A stretch of 20,000 nucleotides of DNA, taken from positions 74,966,119 to 74,986,118 of the forward strand of contig NC_057711.1 of assembly GCF_004010195.1 (NCBI RefSeq), written 5' to 3'. Both the position numbers and the translations under genes were made by a program. The notes under the pieces were generated by a model. It was not told where the DNA came from. It made no database searches and saw only the letters and a program-made list of their open reading frames with translations. Below are positions 1 to 9,509 of this stretch, one piece after another; positions within the stretch are counted from its first letter, which is position 1; every line of letters begins with the position of its first letter. Source of the DNA: Chiloscyllium plagiosum (lineage: Eukaryota).

Positions 1-308
1 AGAATCCTTATTCAGAAGAGAAGGAGACAAAACAAAACCAGGTAGCTAAAGGTCAGTTCGCTTAACATTTAGGAAAGGGTTTGAATGTATTGTAAATGTT
101 TAGTTGTTCACCTGATTGTCTGCTTGATATCTTCTGGTGATCCCATGTCAAAGTATCTTAACACTACAGGTTCTACAGAGCATTAGGGAAAAAGCAGCAG
201 TCAGTGTGGGGATTCCTCTTCCCATCAGGGGAAAGGGATTGCCAACAGGTACCTTCAGGGAGAAGAAGTCACACACAGGCTCACTTTGTCTCCGTGTTAC
301 ATTGTCTT

Positions 309-375
309 CCCTGGACACTCCGGGTTTGCCTGGCACTCACTACTCTGCCCTGGATACTCCAGATTTGCCTGGCAC
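309..375. repeat. Two-copy local direct repeat, 28-bp units with a 39-bp period
   Basis: ccctggacactccgggtttgcctggcac (309-336) vs ccctggatactccagatttgcctggcac (348-375), 25/28 identical. Confidence 0.85.
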
Positions 376-1003
376 CCTCGACTTTTCCCTGTCAGTGACA
401 CTAAAACCTGCAGAAGTCCAAGCTGAGGAAGGTGTATCTACACATGGGCAGTACGCTTTTAGCAGGCTTTGGCCCTATATACCCAAACGTGCCCCAGAGA
501 CAACTGCCCAAGTCTTCCAGCAAACAGGAGCAGACTCCCTCTATTCTAGCTGCAGAAGTTAGGACTGACCTTGGACTTAATGAAAGAGAGGGAAAGGAAA
601 TAAACATATTGAGGACATAAAGGAGGCCCAGGTAAAACATTGTTAAAAGTAACCTTTTGCTTTTGGAAGTATATGCTCACTTCCACTCTTAAAATGTTTG
701 CTCATGTCATTTTTGCTGTCGGATCTGGTTACGTAGCTCCCATGTGGAAGATGAACAACCTCTTCAGCCATCATAATATACCATCTTTCTTCCTGTTGGG
801 TTGAGTGATGCTTTCCTGAGGTGTGACGCTGAAGCTGTGGCTCTCCAGTGCTTTCCTTTTGGAGCAGAGATTTGCTGGATGCTGTAATATCTCCTTAAGG
901 CAAAAGGGAATTAGCTGTGTAAAAAGGATTAGAGGTTGTGTGTATTGAGAGTGAGCACCGGTGTTAATGAGAGAGCTTTGCAGCGTAGCACAATGAAACT
1001 TAC

Positions 1004-1160
1004 TGGGGGTTAATTGTCTATTGATGTCTGCCCATTGCCACATGAGCAGTCATATTCCTCTCAGGGCAGATTGAGTATTTTATTCTCTAAGGCAGTGATG
1101 AGCCCAATATCTGTTTCCACTTCCCTCCCCATTCTTGGACACTCAGTGAGCACAGTTTTC
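1004..1160 (-). pseudogene. Probable exon 2 of the same Myb/SANT-like gene, decayed
   Basis: Pyrimidine tract with a mutated acceptor (ttgtat in place of ttgtag) at 1162-1161 and a GTAAG donor at 1003-999. Reads ECPRMGREVETDIGLITALENKILNLP*EEYDCSCGNG, resembling the ER..TGGG....LT..E segment that follows the Myb domain. Confidence 0.55.
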
Positions 1161-1440
1161 ATACAATGAGAAAAATGGAGAGTTTGAGTGTGATGGAACT
1201 AGATTGGAGAGAATTTCATGATGATGCAGAAGGTGGATTGGCAAGATGTTCCCACTGTGAGTAAGAAGCACAGATCACAGGAAGGGTTATGGTTTTGGAT
1301 GATAGGATGGGTTAGACTTACTGAGTGGATATTACTGACAGCTGAGGTCTATGTGCCTTGGTGGGAGTGATGTGTTGTGGCAGAGTTAGAGTGAGTGGTG
1401 ACCCAGAGAGTGCAAGTTAGTAGACGATGGTGGCCCTTAC

Positions 1441-1678
1441 CCACTGGGAGTGCAGAGGATCATTTACCTTCTTTCTACATTGCCTGTGTATTCTGTTTCC
1501 CTGGGACACAGCACTGACCTAGTGCATGATCATTATTCAGGGTGGCTGTGTATTGTGGCATGGTCTCGTTTTGATAGTCTGCAGGGAAAAGGACAGCGCT
1601 CCGCTCTACCATCCCATTCAGAAAAACGTGCAGGTCCCTATCCACAAAGCAGAAAGCTAACATGCCTTTCTGGGCCAT
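1441..1678 (-). pseudogene. Exon 1 of a Harbinger Myb/SANT-like DNA-binding protein gene (NAIF1/Myb_DNA-bind_5-like), frameshifted
   Basis: ATG at 1678 reads MAQKGMLAFCFVDRDLHVFLNGMVERSAVLFPAD. After a frameshift it reads VSAVSQGNRIHRQCRKKVNDPLHS, followed by a GTAAG donor at 1440-1436. This fits the F..DL..L...V..R..LF and VSA....R...QCRKK.ND pattern of Harbinger Myb-like proteins. Confidence 0.75.
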
Positions 1679-1807
1679 CTCCTTGGGGATAATAGTACAG
1701 CACCAGCACAATGTGAGGGATAGTTCCTGGTTTGAAGTGGGCTTTTAATATGGCACTAGTATCACATTGATGAAGACTTTCACCTGTGCTGCTGTACAAT
1801 TACAGAA

Positions 1808-2579
1808 AGGAGGTACAGATAGTAAGTTTGCAGATGACACCAAATTGGAAGTGTAGTGGACAGCGAAGAGGGCTACCTCAGATTACAACAGGATCTTGAC
1901 CAGGTGGGCCAATGGGCTGAGAAGTAGCAGATGTAGTGTAATTCAGATAAATGTGAGGTGCTGCATTTTGGAAAAGCAAATCGTAGCAGGACTTATACAC
2001 TTAATGGTAAGATCCTAGGGAGTGTTGCTGAACAAAGAGACCTTGGCGTACAGGTTCATAGCTCCTTGAAAGTGGAGTCGCAGGTAGATAGGATAGTGAA
2101 GAAGGCATTTGGTATGCTTTCCTTTATTGGTCAGAGTATTGAGTACAGGAGTTGGGAGGTCATGTTGCGGCTGCACAGGACATTGGTTAGGTCACTTTTG
2201 GAATATTGCATACAAAATTATGAGGGGCATGGATAGGATAAATAGACAAAGTCTTTTCCCTGGGGTCAGGGAGTCCAGAACTAGAGAGCATAGATTTAGG
2301 GTGAGAGGGGAAAGATATGAAAGAGACCTAAGGGGCAATATTTTCACACTGAGGGTGGTACAGGTATGGAATGAGTTGCCAGAGGAAGTAGTGGAGGCTG
2401 GTACAATTGCAAGATTTAAGAGGCATTTGGATGGGTATATGAATAGGAAGGGTTTGGAGGGATATGGGCCGGGTGCTGGCAGGTGGGACTAGATTGCGTT
2501 GGGATATCTGGTCTGCATGGACGGGTTGGACCGAAAAGTCTATTTCCATGCTGTACATCTCTATGACTCAATGACTCTA
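1808..2579 (+). mobile_element. CR1 LINE (HER1-like), 5'-truncated 3' end of ORF2 plus 3' UTR; relatively young, with an internal deletion at ~2210
   Basis: SKFADDT at ~1821, then LHFGKAN, EQRDLGVQVHSSLK, KKAFGML, YKIMRG, VWNELPEEVVEA and FKRHLD. The tail is ctctatgactcaatgactcta. Confidence 0.95.
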
Positions 2580-3109
2580 GGATGGTGAATGCACTGAAGA
2601 GCCCAGTTACATGATTACTGAGATGAAAAGTGGAAAATTGCAAGAGAAATGTTTCTGTAGCCAAGGCACACCAAGCACCATAAATCTCACTTGATGAAAC
2701 ATTTTCACTGAAAATGGGCGTATTCCATACAAGTTTAATATGGTCCCTTTCTGAAAAATTATCAATTTTCATTGATTAATTATTTTGTACCCCTTGTCAA
2801 ATGTTGTGGAGTCTGTCCTTTTGCTCTTTTTAAAAATTATGGAAAATAATTATAACTTTATTCTGCAATGTAAAACAAAGGATGGCAAATCACCAGTGCA
2901 TTTTGTACTTCTCAATTAAAACAAAACATTGACTTTACAATAAGCATTACTTTTGTTGGATGAAATATATGATTAATTCCTACACAATTAACTCAATATA
3001 TTATACAATCCTTTTTCACTTTGAGATTTACTATCATCCATTTTTTCTCATATTTAACTTATATTTGTTTCACCAATAATTCGAGCTAAATCCTACACCT
3101 CCTTTAATA

Positions 3110-3245
3110 AAGGCAAAACACTGTGGATGCAAGAAATCTGAAACAAATAGAGAGCACTAGAGAAACCCAATAAGTCTAGCAGCATCTGTGGAGAGAAATA
3201 GAGTTTGCTTCAAGTCTGACATGGCTGTCCATCAGAAGCCCCCCC
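3110..3245 (+). mobile_element. Penelope-like pLTR-derived fragment with TSD-like flanks
   Basis: aaggcaaaacactgtggatgcaagaaatctgaaac...gcagcatctgtggagagaaa. Flanked by cacctcctttaata (3096-3109) and cacctcctttatta (3246-3259). A related copy lies in the opposite orientation at 14098-14269. Confidence 0.65.
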
Positions 3246-3546
3246 CACCTCCTTTATTAGTTTAAAGTTCTTTTCTGTGTCCTTTTACTTCTGAGCCACC
3301 AGCAGCTCTCCCTAACAATATCATTGCTTCCTGACCTTGGTAATATTTTAAAAGTGTCGCATGAATTCTGCAAGGACAATTTCCTGCTCTGTTTAACCTT
3401 ATACATATTATTGCAAATATGTCACTTCACAATAAATGTGCATGTTTTAGAAATATAACTTTAGAAGTTGGAGATTAAAGTTCTAAACGTAAGATAAATT
3501 GAAACACTTTAAGCGCCTTCTACATATCTCTGTTGAGCCAATGTTA

Positions 3547-3850
3547 GGGTGGCATAGTGGTTCAATGACTCAGTGGTTAACAGTCCTGCCTCCCAGTACC
3601 AAGTACCTGGGTTCCATTCCTGCCTTGGGTAGCTGTCTGTGTGGATCTTGAATGTTATCCCTGTGTCTGCATGGGTTTAATCTGGCTTCCTCCACCAATC
3701 CAAAGATGAATTGATCATGCTAAATTGCCCATAGTGTTAGGTGCATTAGTCAGAGGTAAATTTGGGGAGTGAGTCTGGTGGATTACTCTTTGGAGTGTCA
3801 GTGTGGATTTGTTGGGTTGAACGGCCGGTTTCCTATAGGGAATCTAATCT
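3547..3850 (+). mobile_element. HE1-like tRNA-derived V-SINE
   Basis: A-box-like tgactcagtgg, B-box-like gggttccattcc, V-domain ...ccaaagatg...taaattgcccatagtg, a CR1-like 3' end and an aatctaatct tail. Homologous to 19506-19772. Confidence 0.88.
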
Positions 3851-4298
3851 GATATAATGGAAGGATGGCCATGATATTTCATACCTTGGAAAGTGACTGG
3901 AACACTGAGGAAAAGTTAAAGTAAATTCCTGTTGGTTGTCTCAAATTAAACTTGGAAATTTTTATGAAGTGTAAGCCAACTCTTGGATGGAAGTGAAGTG
4001 TAGAACAGAGTGCTCAGTAGAACTAGCAAATGCTCGTGTTAGTTTGGTGATGCAGGCTTTATTTGCTTTCTTTATATATGCAATAAAGTTTGCTTCTGTT
4101 AAAAATATGGGACTGGATTTTCTGAAGGCCAAATAGCCATTTCTGCAGTATAAATTAGATATAATGCATTGAGATGTTTTGGATCTTTTGACTGCAAGAG
4201 AATTATTCACAAAGTTGAAGATTCTGGTGGACAGTTCCCCTATAGCCGGAACAGTCTAAAAGTATCCATTTAAAAAAGAGAATTTGAAGTCTTCCACT

Positions 4299-4397
4299 TC
4301 AGAGTCGAGGATGTGATGCTGGAAAAGCACAGCAGCATTTGAGGAGTAGTACAGTCGATGTTTTGGGTATAAGCCAAATCAGGCATAATCAGGAATC
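4299..4397 (+). mobile_element. Partial Penelope-like pLTR fragment, same family as 8138 and 18953
   Basis: gctggaaaagcacagcagc...gtcgatgttttggg...aagcc...tcaggaat aligns with the left arm at 18991-19070. Possible TSD gaagtcttccact (4286-4298) / ggagccttccact (4410-4422). Confidence 0.6.
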
Positions 4398-4519
4398 GGG
4401 AACTGAAGTGGAGCCTTCCACTCAATACTAAATTGTTACTCAGGTATGGTAATGCAAAACAATTAAAAACATAATCGAACTTCCGGATAAGTATTAAAGC
4501 GACCGCACAACTTACCTTT

Positions 4520-5420
4520 CACTCACTAACTGCAGCTCCCCTGGCTCCTTACACCATCCAGACTCTGACCTGAGACCTCCCCTCTAGCCCTGGGACCAGA
4601 CTCAGACACATTTCACACCACCACCACACCACCACCCCCATCACTGTAGCTACTATCCCACCAAACTAACACCTCCCCCTGCCAGACATGACCAAAGCCT
4701 GTAAACTAAAAAAAACTTTCCACCTGGGAATTGACTCTGATCCTACTCCCACCACACCTGACCCCCCACACCAGTGAATCTATCACACTCCTTGCCCCCT
4801 GAAACTCAACTCCCTGCTTTGTCCAGAACATGACATCCCACTTTCCTTGAGAACCCAAATGTCTCCAACCACAGGATCTGACATTACCCCAATACCCCTT
4901 CTACCTCCCAAGTTCTGACATCACACCCCTCCCTTACCTTCAGACACAACAACAACCTCTCGTCACCAGTCACAACATCCGCTTCCTCTTCTGTGCGTCC
5001 TGGCAAGTTCTTCTCCACCTGGCACTCTCCTTTGGGAGCCAACTCGCCCTCCAACATCCAGGACTGGGCATTGTCTCACCTTCTTCCCAACACAACTTTC
5101 CTGCCACTAGACCTGACACCTCACACTGCACCTGAAACCAAAAACTGACCAGCCCACACTGCACTTCCTGATCTAATACCACCCTTCTCCCTTGCCACCA
5201 GAATGAACAGACCCCTCTCCAGAGGTACCAACCATCCCCTTCCTGGCTGCCAGATTATTGGACCTGATGTCTCCAATTCACATTAACCTATCTAAACACT
5301 CCTTCACTTTCCTGGCCTCCTTCTCACCTTCTGCCCTGTCAACTTATCCATCTGGTACACTTTCCCCTACTAACCTGACACCCTGGCACCATGCCCTCTT
5401 GACACCATAACCTCACATTT
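4520..5420. repeat. C-rich, strand-asymmetric low-complexity tract, probably the interior of an old unclassified repeat
   Basis: About 900 bp with strong C>>G skew and recurring ctgac/cctgacacc motifs. No credible ORF. Confidence 0.5.
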
Positions 5421-6018
5421 ACCTTATGTATGTATCCTTTCACAGAGCTGTTAAAGTGCACATTCAAATCACAGAATATAATAAATGATGCTATGAAAAG
5501 GTTGTGGTTTAACTTCCCCGACTCCTGGGTCTAATATGTGGAACACTTTCTTAACATAACAAAATTAGCAGTGTGGCAATCTGAATGTAATTGCCACGGC
5601 GTGGAATGAAGTCTAGTAACGTAGATCTTTCAGATTATCACAGGGTGTCTGGATTTTGTCATTTAATGGTAATGATTCCTAGCAGCATTGAAAGATCAGT
5701 TCCATGTTTATCAATTTTCCTTCAAAAAAGGAAACAGTCAGATGCACGCCTGAAGGAAAAAATGAAGATAATTTTTACAGTTAAAATTTATATAAAGAAA
5801 AGGTTAAAAACAAATGAGTCATTCAAGAAAAGATTTATTTTCTGATTTTGTGTTCAAGGAAGAGTTTGATTGAATGAAGAAAATGGAATTTCATTTCATT
5901 TTTACTTAGTATATTGGTGTCTCTATCAACAGCAATGGTGCTATCTCACTAAAGTATTCATTGTCTTTGTATTGAATGATTGGAGAAGCAATCGTAATAG
6001 CAGATGTTAAAGACACAA

Positions 6019-6152
6019 GGGATGAATTTCCTTGGGGCTTTTCTCACTCTACCACATAACAACAGTGAATATTTTGTTTACATATAGAAAAGAGGGTTCT
6101 GCCAACCTTCTGCCAAAATGATCAGAAGAGAGTAGGAAACTCTGAGTAAATA
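6019..6152. mobile_element. Degenerate short MITE-like element with a Harbinger-type end
   Basis: Starts gggatgaattt, similar to the TIR gggctgaattt at 9510. Its ends are loosely inverted (ttttctcactct ... agagagtaggaaa). Confidence 0.35.
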
Positions 6153-8137
6153 GCTATATATCAAATATAGTGTACACTCCACATATTTAATCTTAATAAC
6201 ACATATCTTTTCAGAACTATATGTAATAATTCAGGGCTTTTGCATGGAAACTTATTTGGTTGTACCTTAGTAATACCCAAAATTAGATTTTTATTATGCT
6301 GTTTATAGATATGCAATTGCAACCTTTATTTTCAACTATACATTTGTGAAAGACTATCCATAAAAATGTGCAGGTCCTGGTGATCAATTTGTTCATTTGG
6401 TTGTGGTCCTTCTGAAATATTTCTGATTTTTATTTTTATGAACTAGCAGTTTAGGCCTTAGAACAGAAAAACAGCAACAGAATGATAGAAAGGGTATTTA
6501 GTGAATCTAATGCATAATAAGGCTCAGGGGCCCTCCCCTCATGGGAATCTATGATTTCAACTCTCTAATCATGTGTCAATGGACATGCTGCTATTGCCAT
6601 GTTCTTACAATTAATAACTGGAGTGGAATTATCGGATCTTGTTAATCCACAGAAAACCCCTGTAGCTGGCATTTCAATCATTTTTACCATGCCGTGACTG
6701 AGCAACAACACTCCTTAATTTACTATGTGTTTTTTGCAAAATTTTAGAAAATGGTAAGCAAAACAAATTCAACAATTCTGTAACATATAATCTGAAGAAT
6801 AAAGAATCACCATTGACCCAGAATAATGAGGGTTCTTTGTTCATGCATATTTTACTGTAACAGTGATGCATATTTTAAAATAATGCTTTTCTTACTGAAA
6901 ATATTAGTCATTTCTTTGAACAATTAGCTTAATTTAACTCAGTTACTTTTCCTTCCTCTGCAATGTTGGTTCATGATCGTAAATGAGGGGATTTTCTTTG
7001 TACTGTACGAAACTGCTTTTTTTAACCATTACAAAGTTGTAGAGGTTGTTGCTTTTTCAGGGAACTAGGAAAGCTGCACTGAAAAATAACTAGATAGGGA
7101 GGGTTTAAGAAAACATAAATAAGCAATAGTGAAGCTAATAATGATTTCTTTTTGTATTTTTATTTGAACGCAATAGTGTCAAAATGGGAAACATTCAATT
7201 GAGAAATGCCATCATGATTTCAGCATTTGTTTGAAATATGACATATTAGTATTGCCATGCAAAAATAAGCTGTACTGTACTGCAGAAGCACAGAGCACTT
7301 ACTTAAGGTCCACCCATTCATGTCACTTCCAATATGTCATTCCGTGTGTAGTGTTATACATGGTCCAATAGTTTAGACAGCCTGCAGGAATAGCCACTAA
7401 ATCCACAGAGTACATTTTTTGGGAAATAATACTCTATTATTCCCTGAATGATAACGATTAAAATAATTAAATACTTATTGTTTTTATTCCCCATTCTTTA
7501 TCTCATTCCTTGTTGGTAAGTACGGGTTGCATATTAGAGTATTCTTGGGAATACCATTACCATAGCTTCTCCGTATGAGAGTTGCATTGATCCTGCTTTA
7601 TCTGATGTGTTCTGTCAGTCCAGCAGAAAGTGCAATGCTCTACGCATTAGGCATTCTGACTGAGTGGATTGTAACATTATTCATAGTGCTGCCTTCAGGA
7701 AATTATTAAAAGTAAAGTTGCAACCCTTTCAGAGTTATTCTGACTACTTTAAAACTAGCCTTCAATGTAAGGGAATTTTAGTTTGTAACCTGGAAACTGT
7801 AAATTGTATCTAGTTCTGGAGTCAGTGACACTATTTGCAATGGTTAGATTGTTATCTAAAAATTGCACAAGTCATACGTATCGGAAAGTAATAGGTAACA
7901 TTTTGAAGATCAGTATCTGCTGCATACTTTTGAATATTATTCTTTTAGATTGGAAAAATATGTTCGGGGAAACATAAGCTGTGATGGAAGACTCCTTCTA
8001 TTATGATTATTGACAAATACACATGTTTTGATTTCTGTTATCCACTCAAGACTTCAGCACAAATAATTTCATTAGTTTTCCTTCTGGCAATGTCAGCATT
8101 CTCAGCATATATGGCCTTCTGGGTGATTTAAGTCTAG

Positions 8138-8340
8138 ATTAGAGTGCTGCTGAAAAAACACAGCAGGTCAGGCAGCATCCAAGCAGCAGGAAAATGACGT
8201 TTCAGGCAATCCTGATGAAGGGCTTTTGCCTGAAATGTCGATTTTCCTGCTCCTCCGATGCTGCCTGAGCTGCTGTGCTTTTCCAGCACCATTCTAATCT
8301 AGACTCTGATCTCCAGTATCTGCAGTCCTCACTTTTGCCT
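8138..8340. mobile_element. Palindromic Penelope-like element (inverted pLTR pair) with a hammerhead-like core and a 24-bp TSD-like repeat
   Basis: Inverted arms at ~8131-8209 and ~8226-8305. Flanks are gccttctgggtgatttaagtctag (8114-8137) and gccttctgagtgattaaagtctag (8337-8360), 22/24 identical. Confidence 0.8.
8208..8243 (+). ncRNA. Minimal type I hammerhead-ribozyme-like motif, CpG-decayed
   Basis: aatc-CTGATGA-a-gggc-tttt-gcct-GAAA-t-GTC-gatt. Stem I is aatc/gatt, stem II is gggc/gcct, and the core boxes and GUC triplet are present. Confidence 0.6.
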
Positions 8341-8469
8341 TCTGAGTGATTAAAGTCTAGCGTGGTTGGTTTTCTTCTTCATTATAAGGAATTCACGTTC
8401 AGGGATGCTGAAGATAACCATGACCTACTTAAACAAAAGCTTGGATTTATTTGTCAACTTTCATGACCA

Positions 8470-9296
8470 CAGGATGTATGTTAGCATGTGGGCCCAACCA
8501 ATAATTACGAAGGCAAATGGAATGTTATTTATTGCAAGAAGAATGCAGTATAAAAATAGGGATTTTTTTTCTACAGTTGTACAGGAATTGGTAAAATCAC
8601 AAGTAGAGTACTGTAAATTATTTTATGATTTGGAGGTGCTGGTGTTGGACTGGGGTGGACAAAGTTTCAAAATCACACATCAGGTTATATGTCCAACAAG
8701 TTTATTTGGAGGCACTAGCTTTTGGACTGCTGCTTCTTCATCAGGTAGTTGATGAAGAAACCTGTTGAAGAAGCAGTGCTTCAAAAGCTAGTGCCTCCAA
8801 CTAAAGCTGTTGGACTATAACCTGGTGTGTGATTTTTAAATACATGACTTTATTAACTTTATTTAAGAAAAGACAGAGTAACATTATAAACAGTTCAGAG
8901 AAGGTTCACTCAACTGATTCCTGGGGTGATGGGATTTTGAATGGGGAAAGGCCTTGTAACTGTGGAGTTTAGAAAAATGAGAGGTCATTTTATTGAATCA
9001 GATGGGATCCTGGGAGAACTTAACATGATAAATGCTGTAAGGATGCCTCTCCTTGAAAGAAGAGATAGAACTAGGGAAAACAAAAAAAAGGATCTGCTAT
9101 TTAAGATAGAAATATGGAAATGTTTTTCCTGTTAGAGATCATTTGCCTGTGCAACATCTTTCCCAGAGAATCCTGGAGGTGAGGTTGTTGCATATTTCCA
9201 AGGCAGAGTTAGGTAGATTCTTGACTAATGAGGGAGTTAGATTTGAGGGCCCAAATGGCCTATTTCTGCTACTAATTTGTAAGCATGTTCATATGT
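8470..9296 (+). mobile_element. Old CR1 LINE 3' fragment, interrupted by the insertion at 8625-8840
   Basis: KANGML, QYKNR and EYC before the insertion; VQRRFT and EFRKMRG after it. 3' UTR gggcccaaatggcctatttctgctactaat...tatgt. Confidence 0.85.
8625..8840. mobile_element. Palindromic Penelope-like element of a second family, nested in the CR1
   Basis: Inverted arms at ~8669-8746 and ~8760-8837 (aaaatcacac...tcaggt / acctgttgaag...gtgtgatttt). Both arms carry a decayed CTGATGA-stem-GAAA motif. Confidence 0.75.
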
Positions 9297-9297
9297 A

Positions 9298-9509
9298 AGT
9301 CCCAAAGTGCTTCCCAATCAATTTGAAATGCTTTGAAAATGCAATCGCTGTTGTAATTATAGGATCTGTGGTCGTCAATTTAAATACACCCAGTTCTCAC
9401 ATACAATAATGTGATAATGACCAAATAACCTATTCTAGCGATTTTAATTAAGGGATAAGTATTGGCATGGACTTCATGGCTCTTCTTCATTACGGTGCCA
9501 TAGATATTT
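9298..9509 (-). mobile_element. Deu-SINE (SacSINE1-like), 3' half
   Basis: gtcccaaagtgctt...tgttgtaat...aatgtgataatgaccaaataa...agggataagtattggc...gctcttctt...gtgccat matches the remembered Deu-domain and tail in reverse orientation. Confidence 0.8.

Larger units (their letters stand above)
700..2730 (-). mobile_element. Decayed PIF/Harbinger-type DNA transposon (Myb/SANT gene end), interrupted by a CR1; left boundary undefined
   Basis: Contains the Myb/SANT-like exons listed below. The reverse complement of 2600-2730 loosely resembles the subterminal region of the TIR element starting at 9510. Confidence 0.55.

Noticed and set aside
137..562. 141-aa + strand ORF
   Set aside because: Non-ATG start and no recognisable domain. 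The internal peptide repeat only reflects the 39-bp duplication.
2328..2772. Antisense ORFs 2328-2558 and 2416-2772, and the similar ORF 19116-19424
   Set aside because: These are shadow frames of CR1 3' ends. Their mutual similarity is repeat-derived.
3547..3625. tRNA gene (also at 19506 and 11700-11765)
   Set aside because: The A/B boxes belong to SINE heads and no cloverleaf is evident.
7480..7525. Pyrimidine tract followed by the strong donor gtaagt
   Set aside because: No acceptor AG gives an open exon upstream.
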